From NCBI GenBank assembly GCA_050287845.1, contig JBNKCR010000055.1:160001-224000 (forward strand): DNA of 64,000 nucleotides. The letters are read 5' to 3'. Of this stretch, positions 49,327 to 59,176 are shown piece by piece. This DNA comes from Polyangia bacterium (GTDB lineage Bacteria; Myxococcota_A; Polyangia; JAAYKL01). The notes under the pieces were generated by a model. It was not told the DNA's origin, searched no databases, and saw only the letters and a program-made list of their open reading frames with translations. The first letter of the stretch is position 1; each line of letters begins with the position of its first letter. Position numbers and translations under genes: made by a program.

Positions 49327-52299
49327 TTATCGTTTTCGGATTTTCGGCATGGCCCGTTTGATGCTTTTGGTGGCGTGAGCGCGAAGTTTCATCATATGGG
49401 AAAGGTGCGTTCTGGAGAGCAGTTCGGAACCTTCGGCCACATCGCCGTAAAACAGGCCCACCGAGAAGGAGTTGACCAGCACCGGGTACAGAATGAACTG
49501 CGCGGGCAGGGGATTGAAAATTTCCCGGTACCATGAGGGCAATTTGCTGATGTATCCCCGGGCGCTCAGGTCGACGAACATATCTCTGCCCTGGGCCAGC
49601 GATGTGGTGAACAAATCGCCACTTCGGGATTGTTTGAAATGAAAGCTTTTGATGACATCATCGATTTCGTCGCCGAAGCCGCTGCGGGCCCGGATGGTGT
49701 CGGCTTTGGGGTCGTACAGGCAGAACAGTACACGGGAAAGCTTGAGACCGCGGAATATGGTTTCCAGAATGATGGAGACAATGTTGTTCATGTCTTCGTG
49801 ACGTGCCACCGCAGCAGCGACTTCGTCAATTCCCTGAAGCAGGATTCGTTCTCTGGCCACGCGCTCTTCACGAGCCAGTTTCTCCGGGGTGTATGAGATA
49901 AGGGGACGAACGATTCCTTCAACCGACGGTGCAACGGTGAGGGGGTCGGGAATCATGGATACCTGCTGACCACTCCACGCCATGATGCGTTTAATCAGTG
50001 GGCTATCTTTGAAGCCCAGATTCATGGCTTCGGAATAGTCTTCGAGTTTCGACGAAAGGTCCTGATATAGCTGTTCCAGTTCCTCCGGTTCAATCTGGAA
50101 TGTTTCTTCGTATTTCTGCAGCAGCGCCTTCATGTCATCCTGCCGGTTTTCGATGGCGCCGTGGGTGGAAGTGTAGGTCAGTTCATTGGCGAACGCGGCA
50201 ACGTTGCGCAGTTTTTCATCAGAAGATTTCGGTTTGGTCAGGGGGCCGTCCGGCAGCTTGCCCATGGATTCGAGAATGGATTCAGGGAGAGACCACTCCC
50301 TGGCCAGTTCCTGGGCCAGCTCTTCAAATGTGACGCCCAGTACCGCCAGTGAAGCGCGTTCTTCGCTCAATTTATCGCGCCGCATGGTTTTGATGATCTG
50401 TTGATATTTGCCCGGGAAGTAGAACGCAACCAGATTTTTGCCGAGACTGCGCATCATGGCACACACAAACGCCTCTTCGATGTTCAGTCTGGGCACTTTT
50501 CCGGCAATGTATCTGGCCGTCAGCCCACTGAGCAGTGAAGACAGCATGGAGTTGGTGAGCGCCTGCGCCTGGGGGCCGGCCTGCATGCAGAAATGATCGA
50601 ACATCAGCAGCCCCAGAGCCGATTGCTGCACCTGATCAAAGCCCATGAGCACCACCGCGCGGGACACGGTGGTCACCTTGCCGCGAACCTGTCCGTAATA
50701 CGGAGAATTGATGAGTTTGAGCAATTTGTTGGTCAGGGAGTAATCCTTCAGGATGACATTGGACAGCTGCCGGGCAGAAATGGATTTATTGTTCACCTTG
50801 GTGTTCAGTTCGGAAACATGTTTGGAAACAGCGGGAAAGTCCCGTTTTCGCTTCATTTTTTTGATGAGTTCCCGAAGGATGTCTTCTTTGCTCCGATTGA
50901 CACTCGGAAAATCCGTGTCGTACAGTTCCAGGTCGGGTATTTTGTCCCGTCCGGGCTTTTCAACCACAGTGTCGGGCAGCTGATTCTTATCGGTGGATGA
51001 TTTGCCACCGGGACGCTCATTCACGGTTCTGGCAGATATGGTCTGATTGGGACGTTGCATTGCCTGAGGAGTGGGTCTGGCCTGCACGGTCTGGACCCGG
51101 CCGGACTGAGACACCTGATGTCGGGCTGATGCAGTGGCATGAGCGGTGGATGCCGCGTGCATGGGGGAAGCCGTCTGAAGTTTCTGACTGGCTGATGCCG
51201 GCTGGGGATTCCTTGAAGGGGCCGGTATTGAAATCCGCTGGCTTTTATCGGCGATGACTCTGGAGAGGGTGGATTCAATATGAATGGGGACCTGCTGATG
51301 GGTCTGTACCAGTGTCTTCAGGAACATGGCGATGTCCGCCATGGACTGGGGGCGTTCCTTGACGGATTTGGCCAGGGACATCATGACAAGCATTTCGAGC
51401 TCGCTGGGAACGTTGATGGTGGAATTGGCCTGATTGAACGGCGGCGGCACATCGGTCAGATGTTTGACCAGCAATGCCATGGGCTGGGGCGCGATGAACG
51501 GCAACACGCCGGTGAGCATGTGATACAGGATGACGCCCAGGGAGTAAATATCGCTGGCGGGGGTGAGCGCATCCCCTTTGATTTGCTCCGGTGACATATA
51601 TTCCGGGGTGCCGAAGATCTCCCCGGCGGCCGTCAGCTGGGTCTGTGCTTCCCGGTTCTTCATTTTGGCGATGCCGAAGTCCAGTACTTTCACGATGTCT
51701 ATGCGGGAACCGCGACTGCTGAGCATGATATTGTCCGGTTTCAGATCACGATGAATGATGCGGTTGTTGTGGGCTTCTTCCAGGGAATGACAGATTTGGA
51801 TGGCGATATCACAGGCCCGCTCCCACTCGAGGGCGCCTTCTTCCCGGATGAGCTGGGAGAGCTCCCTGCCTTCGAGGAACTCCATCGCAATGTACAGAGA
51901 ACCGTCGTCCGTGGACCCGAAATCGTAAATGGTAACCGTATTGGGGTGGGTCAGCATGCTGGCGGTGGCGGCTTCGTTTTTGAACCGCTCCAGCAGATTG
52001 GCATCCCGGGCGTATTCCCGGTGGAGAAGCTTCAGGGCCACCGGTCGTTCGATGCCGGTCTGCACGCCCCTGTAGACCACCCCCATCCCGCCTTCGCCGA
52101 TTTTTTTCTGCACGATGAACCGATGACCAATCAGTTTGCCCACAAACGGATCGTCCGGCGTCTGATTTTGACCGATATTGCCACCGGATCCGATGGATGT
52201 GCCGCATGTACTGCAGAATCTCGCCTCCTGAGGGTTTGGCGTCCCGCAATGGTTACAGTAAGTCTGTTGTTCATTTTCAATCTGATAATCCACTGGCAA
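49327..52299 (-). CDS. zinc-ribbon Ser/Thr kinase-HDOD-GAF-like fusion
   Basis: CNHC/CSTC, GEGGMG, VALK, HRDLKPDN, DFG, GTPEYMSPE; DFPA...LTNKLLKLINSPYYG HDOD; C-terminal GAF-like region. Confidence 0.92.
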   Translation of the reverse strand: MPVDYQIENEQQTYCNHCGTPNPQEARFCSTCGTSIGSGGNIGQNQTPDDPFVGKLIGHRFIVQKKIGEGGMGVVYRGVQTGIERPVALKLLHREYARDANLLERFKNEAATASMLTHPNTVTIYDFGSTDDGSLYIAMEFLEGRELSQLIREEGALEWERACDIAIQICHSLEEAHNNRIIHRDLKPDNIMLSSRGSRIDIVKVLDFGIAKMKNREAQTQLTAAGEIFGTPEYMSPEQIKGDALTPASDIYSLGVILYHMLTGVLPFIAPQPMALLVKHLTDVPPPFNQANSTINVPSELEMLVMMSLAKSVKERPQSMADIAMFLKTLVQTHQQVPIHIESTLSRVIADKSQRISIPAPSRNPQPASASQKLQTASPMHAASTAHATASARHQVSQSGRVQTVQARPTPQAMQRPNQTISARTVNERPGGKSSTDKNQLPDTVVEKPGRDKIPDLELYDTDFPSVNRSKEDILRELIKKMKRKRDFPAVSKHVSELNTKVNNKSISARQLSNVILKDYSLTNKLLKLINSPYYGQVRGKVTTVSRAVVLMGFDQVQQSALGLLMFDHFCMQAGPQAQALTNSMLSSLLSGLTARYIAGKVPRLNIEEAFVCAMMRSLGKNLVAFYFPGKYQQIIKTMRRDKLSEERASLAVLGVTFEELAQELAREWSLPESILESMGKLPDGPLTKPKSSDEKLRNVAAFANELTYTSTHGAIENRQDDMKALLQKYEETFQIEPEELEQLYQDLSSKLEDYSEAMNLGFKDSPLIKRIMAWSGQQVSMIPDPLTVAPSVEGIVRPLISYTPEKLAREERVARERILLQGIDEVAAAVARHEDMNNIVSIILETIFRGLKLSRVLFCLYDPKADTIRARSGFGDEIDDVIKSFHFKQSRSGDLFTTSLAQGRDMFVDLSARGYISKLPSWYREIFNPLPAQFILYPVLVNSFSVGLFYGDVAEGSELLSRTHLSHMMKLRAHATKSIKRAMPKIRKR

Positions 52300-52542
52300 C
52301 GCCTCAGGTTAACATCTGTGATGAATGAGAAAAATCATGCAATTTTCACATCTTTTAAATTCGGCTTTGATCACGAATCTTTAAGACTTTTCACGTTTTT
52401 TTCTGTCATATCTTGAACTGAAGCAACACGTGCGGTATTGGAGATGAAATCGCGGAACTGCCTGCGTCGATTTGCACTCGCCGTATTGGTGGCACCAACT
52501 GTTCGCCGCCGGAGGATGCGTCCGGCGGTATCGGGAGTAAAA

Positions 52543-52941
52543 ATGAGGCAAATTCAAAATATAGGTGCAGTGCTCGGCATGATGCTGGCACTGGTGTCGT
52601 GTTCGGTCGTTGAAGTGGACGAGTTTGAGTACGGCGTGGCGGATCCGTTCATTGGGGAAGAAAACTATTACGACACGGAGTCAGATACAGCGGAGAATCA
52701 GGATTCATTATCGGATGCGGATTCCGACAGCGCGACGGCCACGGGCACCGATTCTGATTCCGACACCGTTTCTGACACGATTTCTGATTCAGATTCCAGT
52801 ACGGATTCCGCCACCGCAACGGACAGTTCCACTGAAACAGACACGCTGTTCGATTCTGCGTCGGGTACAGACACAGAATCTGATTCCGGTTCTGATTCCG
52901 ATGCAGATTCATCTTCCGATTCCGACACGGTCACGGACTGA
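52543..52941 (+). CDS. small Ser/Asp/Thr-repeat lipoprotein
   Basis: GGGAG RBS, lipobox LVSC, then about 90 aa of D/S/T-rich sequence (DSDSD...). Confidence 0.75.
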   Translation: MRQIQNIGAVLGMMLALVSCSVVEVDEFEYGVADPFIGEENYYDTESDTAENQDSLSDADSDSATATGTDSDSDTVSDTISDSDSSTDSATATDSSTETDTLFDSASGTDTESDSGSDSDADSSSDSDTVTD

Positions 52942-52984
52942 CGCGAACGTCTCACCACTGCGATCGTCGTAAAAACAGCTGTCG

Positions 52985-53893
52985 TCAAATGTGCAGTGTG
53001 GCCCGTTCGGCAATGGTTTTTACCAGTTGCTGAAAATCCATGCCGGCGTGGGCGGCGATTTCCGGGAGCAGAGAGGTGGGGGTCATGCCCGGTATGGTAT
53101 TTATCTCCAGGCAGTAAATCTGATCGTCCGGTGTCAGGATAAAATCCACGCGGGCAGCGCCTGCGCAACCGACCGCGTCGAAGACCTTTTTACCTTCGGC
53201 GCATATTTTTTCAATCCGGGGTACGCTGAGTCGCGGTGGAATGTGATGGGTGGATCCTCCCGGTTCGTATTTGGCGGCATAATCGTAGAATTCGTTGTGG
53301 GGCTCCACCTCCACGGCGCCGAGAACCTGATTGTCCAGCACGGCCACCTGCACTTCAATGCCACCGATATATTCCTCCACCAGGATTCTGTTGGAACATT
53401 TGAATGCTTCAGAGAGTGCGTCTGAAAAGTCTGCCGGCGATTTTACAATACTTACGCCCACCGATGAACCTTCCTCTGCCGGTTTCACCACCACGGGGAA
53501 TTGCAGACCATCGGGCAGTTCATCCCTGTTTTCCGCGGTGAACACCACCCCCCGGGCCACCAGAACCCCCGCATCGGACAGGATTTGCCGCGTTCTGGCT
53601 TTGTCAATCGCCAGGGCAGAAGCGAGCACCCCGGATCCCGTGTAGGGAATCTGCATCATTTCGAGCAATCCCTGGACAGTGCCATCTTCGCCATGGCGTC
53701 CGTGAAGCACAATGAACGCCGCTTCAATGCCGGCATTGCGAATCTGCCGGTCCAGTTCGTGAGATACATCAATCCGAACAACGTCAAATCCACTTTTTTC
53801 CAGTGCATCTGCCACGGCATTGCCACCGGCCAGGGATACTTCCCGTTCTCTTGATACGCCCCCGTACAGGACGCCAATTCTTTTGAATTTCAT
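52985..53893 (-). CDS. ddl: D-alanine--D-alanine ligase
   Basis: GGVSREREVSL, LHGRHGEDG, VKPAEEGSS, FYDYAAKY, RVDF, EINTIPGMT. Confidence 0.96.
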   Translation of the reverse strand: MKFKRIGVLYGGVSREREVSLAGGNAVADALEKSGFDVVRIDVSHELDRQIRNAGIEAAFIVLHGRHGEDGTVQGLLEMMQIPYTGSGVLASALAIDKARTRQILSDAGVLVARGVVFTAENRDELPDGLQFPVVVKPAEEGSSVGVSIVKSPADFSDALSEAFKCSNRILVEEYIGGIEVQVAVLDNQVLGAVEVEPHNEFYDYAAKYEPGGSTHHIPPRLSVPRIEKICAEGKKVFDAVGCAGAARVDFILTPDDQIYCLEINTIPGMTPTSLLPEIAAHAGMDFQQLVKTIAERATLHI

Positions 53894-54094
53894 GGAATCA
53901 CCTCGAATGCCGCAGTTATTCAGTCTGTGCGGCGATATATCGTTGTCGCGCCCTTTTATGCTTTATAAAAAGACTTCAATAATTGCTTTTTATAAACGAA
54001 TTCCATATCTTGATTAAGCAAAATGAAATGTTTTGTGACCCGGGTTTTCCACTTCTGGAAAATCTGAGATTACTCATGGATTAAGTATTACGAA

Positions 54095-55588
54095 ATGACT
54101 TTTATTGAAGCAGCCCTGGAGATATTGCGCCGAGAGGGTATTCCTCTTCATGCCAAAATTATTGCAGAGAAATCAGTGAGCGCGGAGTTGTTGTCCCATG
54201 TGGGCAAGACGCCGGTGCAAACCATGTCGAAACGGATATCCGCGGCAATGGCCAAAGGGAAAGGCCCCTTTGTCAGAGTGAAACCCGGTGTATTCGCCCT
54301 TGCGGCATGGAAAGACGACAAGGGCGTACTGACGCCCCCTGGCAAGCAGCGTTCAGCCAGTGAAGAAACACGACGGCCGGCTTCGGGACACAGGGCGGAT
54401 TTCGGCAGGGAACCGGTGAACGCCCCCCGTGCGGAAGCCGCTGCCCAGTCGGTTTCCGCCCCCCCCATCGCACCGCATCCTCCCTCAGAGACACCGCCTC
54501 GTGCCGAGGATGCCGAGGCAGGCGATACCAATGGCACCCGCAGTCGGAGAAGTCGAAGCCGTCGGTCGCGAAATCGTGGTCGGGACCGGGATGGTCGCGA
54601 TGTTCGACACGGAGAGCGGCGTCCTGGAGAAGATGAGAAGAGCGATGTTCGGGGGGCGACAGACGGAAGTCGACCGGAAAAAGTGCCGGATGACAGTCCC
54701 GCCGCCGAAAAACGGATGGAGAGTCAGGCCCCTGGCAGAAGAGATGACAATCACAGACCGACGCCCCGGGATGAAACGCCCGGAAACGATGCCAATGGGA
54801 ATGGCGGTAAACGGCCAGGCTCGCCGCCGGGCGACCGGGGGCGCGATGAACGCAGCAGTCGGCTGGCGCTGGAAGTGGAGCGCCTGCTGGCAAAGCAGAA
54901 TCAACCCCAGAGTGGACGAGCCATCGCGGAACGCCTGCATATTTCGGGAACCAACGCCGAAATCATTGTGGATGCCCTGCTGGACGCCGACAACCGGGAT
55001 CGGCGCAGCAATGGTCGACGGCCGCTGTTTATCAGGCGGAAAAGCGGTTGGACACTGGTTGCGCGGGAGATTCCCCAGGAAGTGGTGCAGCTCGAAGAAG
55101 ATATTTTTCTGAGCGCGGGCAGGCTGGAACAGATTGCAGAACGCCAGATTCAACGTCGGCTCAAGAGCCTCTCTGCCGGGAAATTGACTCAGCTGATTAT
55201 TCTGGTGTTGCGGCAGATGGGCTACAGCGATGTGGAGCCGATTGCCAGAGGCAAAGGAAGTGAATGTCATCTGCGGGTGACGGATCGGCGGCAGGGGGGA
55301 CGGTTTTCAACCGCGGTGGTGATTCGGAATGATCCCCGGGGGCACGGCGTGAATGATGTCGATGTCACCGCGCTTCGCGGGTCCATGCATCACTACAGGG
55401 CGTCACGGGGACTGATTGTTACCACCGGCGAGGTATTGTCGGAAGGTGTCCGTGAGGCGGACATTCCCAATCTGCCACCTGTGGGTTTCATCGACGGCAA
55501 AATGTTGGCTCAGGAATTTGTTCGGTGCGGTATTGGTATTGAAAAGCGACTCGTGCCGCTGGTATTTTTAGACGAATCTCAGTTGTAA
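54095..55588 (+). CDS. HARE-HTH protein with disordered linker and Mrr-like C-terminal domain
   Basis: MTFIEAALEIL...GKTP..TM...FVRVKPGVFAL (HARE-HTH); C-terminal LRQMGY...VTALRGSM...GLIVTTG...FIDG (Mrr_cat-like). Confidence 0.8.
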   Translation: MTFIEAALEILRREGIPLHAKIIAEKSVSAELLSHVGKTPVQTMSKRISAAMAKGKGPFVRVKPGVFALAAWKDDKGVLTPPGKQRSASEETRRPASGHRADFGREPVNAPRAEAAAQSVSAPPIAPHPPSETPPRAEDAEAGDTNGTRSRRSRSRRSRNRGRDRDGRDVRHGERRPGEDEKSDVRGATDGSRPEKVPDDSPAAEKRMESQAPGRRDDNHRPTPRDETPGNDANGNGGKRPGSPPGDRGRDERSSRLALEVERLLAKQNQPQSGRAIAERLHISGTNAEIIVDALLDADNRDRRSNGRRPLFIRRKSGWTLVAREIPQEVVQLEEDIFLSAGRLEQIAERQIQRRLKSLSAGKLTQLIILVLRQMGYSDVEPIARGKGSECHLRVTDRRQGGRFSTAVVIRNDPRGHGVNDVDVTALRGSMHHYRASRGLIVTTGEVLSEGVREADIPNLPPVGFIDGKMLAQEFVRCGIGIEKRLVPLVFLDESQL

Positions 55589-55600
55589 AACCGGAAGAGG

Positions 55601-58225
55601 TTGGTGCCCATGCAGCATGCCAGAGTGACAGCAACCAGTTTTTCGTTTTCCGATCAGGAGATGCCTGTTCGGATGGGCAAGTATCATTTGTTGTCCAGAC
55701 TTTCCCGCGATCCCATCAGCGAACAGTTTCTGGCGGCATGGGGCGTTGAACAGGGGATTGATCAGCTCCGGGTGATTCGATGCGTTTATCCCCGGCTGGC
55801 GCAGGAAGCGGAATTCATTGGTCTCTTCCAGGAAGAAGCCAGATCTCTTTCACGGTTGTCATCCGACAACATCGCGCGAATCATGGAAGTCAGTGTACAG
55901 GGCGATATTCCTTTTGTTGCCAGGGAATATGTGGAAGGCGTACCCCTGGAGCGCCTGATGGTCCTAGCCGGCATGCAGAAGCGAAAGTTGCCCTGGGAAC
56001 TGGCGGTTCATGTGGTCACCGAAATTCTGCGCGGTCTGGACTACATTCACCGCCGCGAGGATATTCATGGAAATCCCATGGGCATGCGACATGGCGACGT
56101 GCGCCCGGGGACGGTGATTGTGTCATTCTCCGGCGAAGTGAAGCTGATCAACTTTGGCTCCATGCTGCGGTTCATTGTGGACGAGGTAACCCACGCCCAG
56201 CTGATAGAGTTGCGAAGTGCCTACATGCCACCGGAGATGCGGGATGATGTCGATCCCTCCGAAAGTGGGGATCTGTGGGCCGTTGGCATGATTCTCAATG
56301 CCCTGATGGGGGGAGCACTTCCGCGAATCGGGGATTTGCGCTGGCAGATTCCGCTGGTGAGCAAACTGGTACCCGGCGCACCCCGCGCATTGGATGATTT
56401 CCTTCAGCGAGCCCTTCACGACGATCCGGATGAACGGTTTAAAACCGCCGCCGCCATGCGCAGTGTCCTGGTGGAAGTACTGGGGGAGCATGCGGTGGGA
56501 CATCCGCCGGACGAACTGGCAACCCTGACGGAAACCCTGGGAAGTGAAGACGCGCGGAATGTGAAGGAACTCGTTCGCACGATGCTTAAGAAGCCCGCTG
56601 AAATGTCCCTCGGGAACACGACCCGGGGCACATCGACCGTTGGCCCCGGATATCTGTTGGACGGGCGATATCATCTTCTCCGGGAACTGGGAGAGGGCGG
56701 TATGGGCACGGTTTTCGAGGCGGAACACCAGGGGCTGGGAAAAAAGTGTGCGGTAAAAGTGCTTCACGAACGGGTCATGACCGATGCGAGCACCGTGGAG
56801 AGATTCAAGCGGGAAGCCCAGATAATCGGTAACATCGGGCATCCCAATATTGTCGGGGCCCACGATTTTGGAATCTGTGAGCGGGGTCACTATTATCTGG
56901 CGATGGATTTGCTTGATGGCAATCCCCTCTCTCATCGGATATGGGAAGGTGATCTGACTTTTTATGAGATCGCCAGAACGATGGCGGAGGTCTGCGATGG
57001 ACTGGAAGCCGCTCATCAGGCCGGCGTTATTCATCGGGATCTGAAGCCGGACAACGTGCATCTGACTTCCCGGGGAGCCCGTATTCTGGATTTCGGTATT
57101 GCAAAATCGATTGGTCTGGATTCCCAGAATGAAGCGCTGACGCGAACCGGACATATCTGTGGTACGGTGGATTATATTGCCCCGGAGCAGATTCGCGGGG
57201 CATCGGATGATCCCCGTTCGGACCTGTATGCGGTGGGCGTGATGATTTACGAATGTCTGACCGGCGAAACCCCGTTTCATGGACGGACCGTCGGCGAAGC
57301 GCTTCATAAAGCCATTAACGATAAGCTGGTCGCCCCTTCAAAACGTTCGGGGAAAAAAGATATCCCCACGCAGCTGGAAAATATCTGCATCAAGGCGTTG
57401 AATCGAAATGCGGACAGGCGTTTTGCCAGTGCCAGAGAAATGGGGGATGCACTGAGGGAAGTGGCCGTGAAACTCATGGCGAAGGGCAAATCCGAAACAC
57501 GGGTGACGGAGAATACCGAGGATTCCATTCTGGCATTTGAGAGCAGGCAGCGGAAATCCCTGTGGCTGCCCATCAGTGCAGGTATTCTGATTATGACAAT
57601 TGTTGCGGCGATGCTTTATATTCATAAAAACCGCAACCTGCTGTCGATGTCGCTGAAGGATTCTGCTGCGTCGGACATCGGCGCCACCGGGAAGCAGGCG
57701 GTTTCTGAAGCCGGCAGACATCAGAATTCGGCGGGCATGCTGTCTGGCAGCGCATCGACAGGGTCGAACGATAACACATCGGCCACGGCGATAGATACGG
57801 AAGACCCGGACGTTCAACGTATGGTCAAGGAACTGGCGCAGAAAGAAAAAAATCAGGAGCAATTGCTGAAGTTGGCCGAAGAGCTGGTTGAACAGGGCGA
57901 AGCGAAACTGCGCGTGCGGGATTTCAAAGGTGCACAGAGTGCGTTTAAGAGCGCATTGCAGCATCATAGTCGATCTTCAGACGCATGGTTCGGTCTTGGC
58001 AGAGCGGCATTTGAACTCGGTGATTATCGAAGCGCCATTGACAAAATTAAAAAATCAATCAATCTTTCCGGACCAAAAAGAGCAATTAAACGGCGAAACT
58101 ATTTGGGCGTGCTGTATAAAGTCAACGGTGAACCTCAAAAAGCAATGGCAGAATGGAACAGGGTGCTTGCGGTGAATCCGGAAAACCCTGAAGCCAGACG
58201 GTATCTGGAGTCAATGTCGAATTAA
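55601..58225 (+). CDS. tandem pseudokinase + Ser/Thr kinase, TM, TPR
   Basis: Domain 1 has HGDVRPG/NFG and no Gly-loop; domain 2 has GEGGMG, AVK, HRDLKPDN, DFG, GTVDYIAPE; TM; C-terminal TPRs. Confidence 0.9.
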   Translation: MVPMQHARVTATSFSFSDQEMPVRMGKYHLLSRLSRDPISEQFLAAWGVEQGIDQLRVIRCVYPRLAQEAEFIGLFQEEARSLSRLSSDNIARIMEVSVQGDIPFVAREYVEGVPLERLMVLAGMQKRKLPWELAVHVVTEILRGLDYIHRREDIHGNPMGMRHGDVRPGTVIVSFSGEVKLINFGSMLRFIVDEVTHAQLIELRSAYMPPEMRDDVDPSESGDLWAVGMILNALMGGALPRIGDLRWQIPLVSKLVPGAPRALDDFLQRALHDDPDERFKTAAAMRSVLVEVLGEHAVGHPPDELATLTETLGSEDARNVKELVRTMLKKPAEMSLGNTTRGTSTVGPGYLLDGRYHLLRELGEGGMGTVFEAEHQGLGKKCAVKVLHERVMTDASTVERFKREAQIIGNIGHPNIVGAHDFGICERGHYYLAMDLLDGNPLSHRIWEGDLTFYEIARTMAEVCDGLEAAHQAGVIHRDLKPDNVHLTSRGARILDFGIAKSIGLDSQNEALTRTGHICGTVDYIAPEQIRGASDDPRSDLYAVGVMIYECLTGETPFHGRTVGEALHKAINDKLVAPSKRSGKKDIPTQLENICIKALNRNADRRFASAREMGDALREVAVKLMAKGKSETRVTENTEDSILAFESRQRKSLWLPISAGILIMTIVAAMLYIHKNRNLLSMSLKDSAASDIGATGKQAVSEAGRHQNSAGMLSGSASTGSNDNTSATAIDTEDPDVQRMVKELAQKEKNQEQLLKLAEELVEQGEAKLRVRDFKGAQSAFKSALQHHSRSSDAWFGLGRAAFELGDYRSAIDKIKKSINLSGPKRAIKRRNYLGVLYKVNGEPQKAMAEWNRVLAVNPENPEARRYLESMSN

Positions 58226-58234
58226 GGGTGAAAA

Positions 58235-59176
58235 ATGAGAAGAACGCTTATCAGCATGTTGGCGACTGTCGCCACATTCAATTTATACGCTGCTTCGGCG
58301 TTGGCCAGCCGGGTTGCCGTGTTGCCGACCGTGTACGTAGACGCCGGCACAGGAGCGCCTGACCGCAACGCCGCAACGGATTTTCATGCGTCGATACTGG
58401 AAGGTGTTGAAAAAGCAGGCGCAGAATTGATTGCAGCCGACGAAGTGGCCCTGGTGGCACGGGCATACACCACATCGGGAATATGTGACACCACCTGTCT
58501 GAAGCAGGTTCAAGACGACATTGATGCATCCGAGGCACTTCAGGTGGTTGTAAAAGAAGACCGGGAGATGGCCAGCAGACGAATCACCATTACATTCGCG
58601 ATGAGAGACCCCATTGGACAGGATACTTCAGATGGATACGCAGTGGTGAAAGCCTGGTTGAAAGGCGCAGTCGCCCTGGCGTTGAAGGACAGTATTGCGC
58701 AACCGGTTGTCGCAGCAGAGGAGGAACCGGTGGCAAAGGAAATTGGGACGCCCATTGCAGAACCGAAGGCGAAAACCGAGTTTGTCATCGTCAGAGACAA
58801 ACCCCGGAAGAAAATAAGTCCCACTCCCCTGATCATTGCCGGCACAACAACGCTGGCGCTGGGCATTGCCACCATCGTTCTGGACCAGGTCGCTCATTTC
58901 AATTACACGACGATTGAGGAAAATCTTAAAGAGATTCCCACGTACACCAGACCCGCTTTTGATGACGACGTGCAGCGACTTGAGACTCAGCAGTTGCTGA
59001 CAAAAATATTTCTGGGAGCGACGGGGGCCGGTCTGTTGACCACCTGTGTGCTTGCCATCTTTACCGATTATTCAAAATCCAGAAAGCGCAGCGCCAGCAA
59101 CAGCAGCGATCGTGTTTCGGCGGTATTCTCCATTGGGAAGAACAGTGGCGCCGTTTATATTGGGGGGAGTTTTTGA
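58235..59176 (+). CDS. exported/membrane hypothetical protein
   Basis: Signal peptide ending ALA, CxxxC, two hydrophobic Gly-rich helices, C-terminal beta-strand-like GAVYIGGSF; operonic with neighbours. Confidence 0.75.
   Translation: MRRTLISMLATVATFNLYAASALASRVAVLPTVYVDAGTGAPDRNAATDFHASILEGVEKAGAELIAADEVALVARAYTTSGICDTTCLKQVQDDIDASEALQVVVKEDREMASRRITITFAMRDPIGQDTSDGYAVVKAWLKGAVALALKDSIAQPVVAAEEEPVAKEIGTPIAEPKAKTEFVIVRDKPRKKISPTPLIIAGTTTLALGIATIVLDQVAHFNYTTIEENLKEIPTYTRPAFDDDVQRLETQQLLTKIFLGATGAGLLTTCVLAIFTDYSKSRKRSASNSSDRVSAVFSIGKNSGAVYIGGSF

Noticed and set aside
52670..52940. GATTCC/GACAC-type repeats as a CRISPR array (also 59280-59540)
   Set aside because: They are codon-level repeats of Asp/Ser/Thr tracts with no constant repeat-spacer structure and no cas genes.
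54095..55588. Active type IV restriction/defence system
   Set aside because: The catalytic D...QxK motif is not visible and there are no defence-island neighbours.
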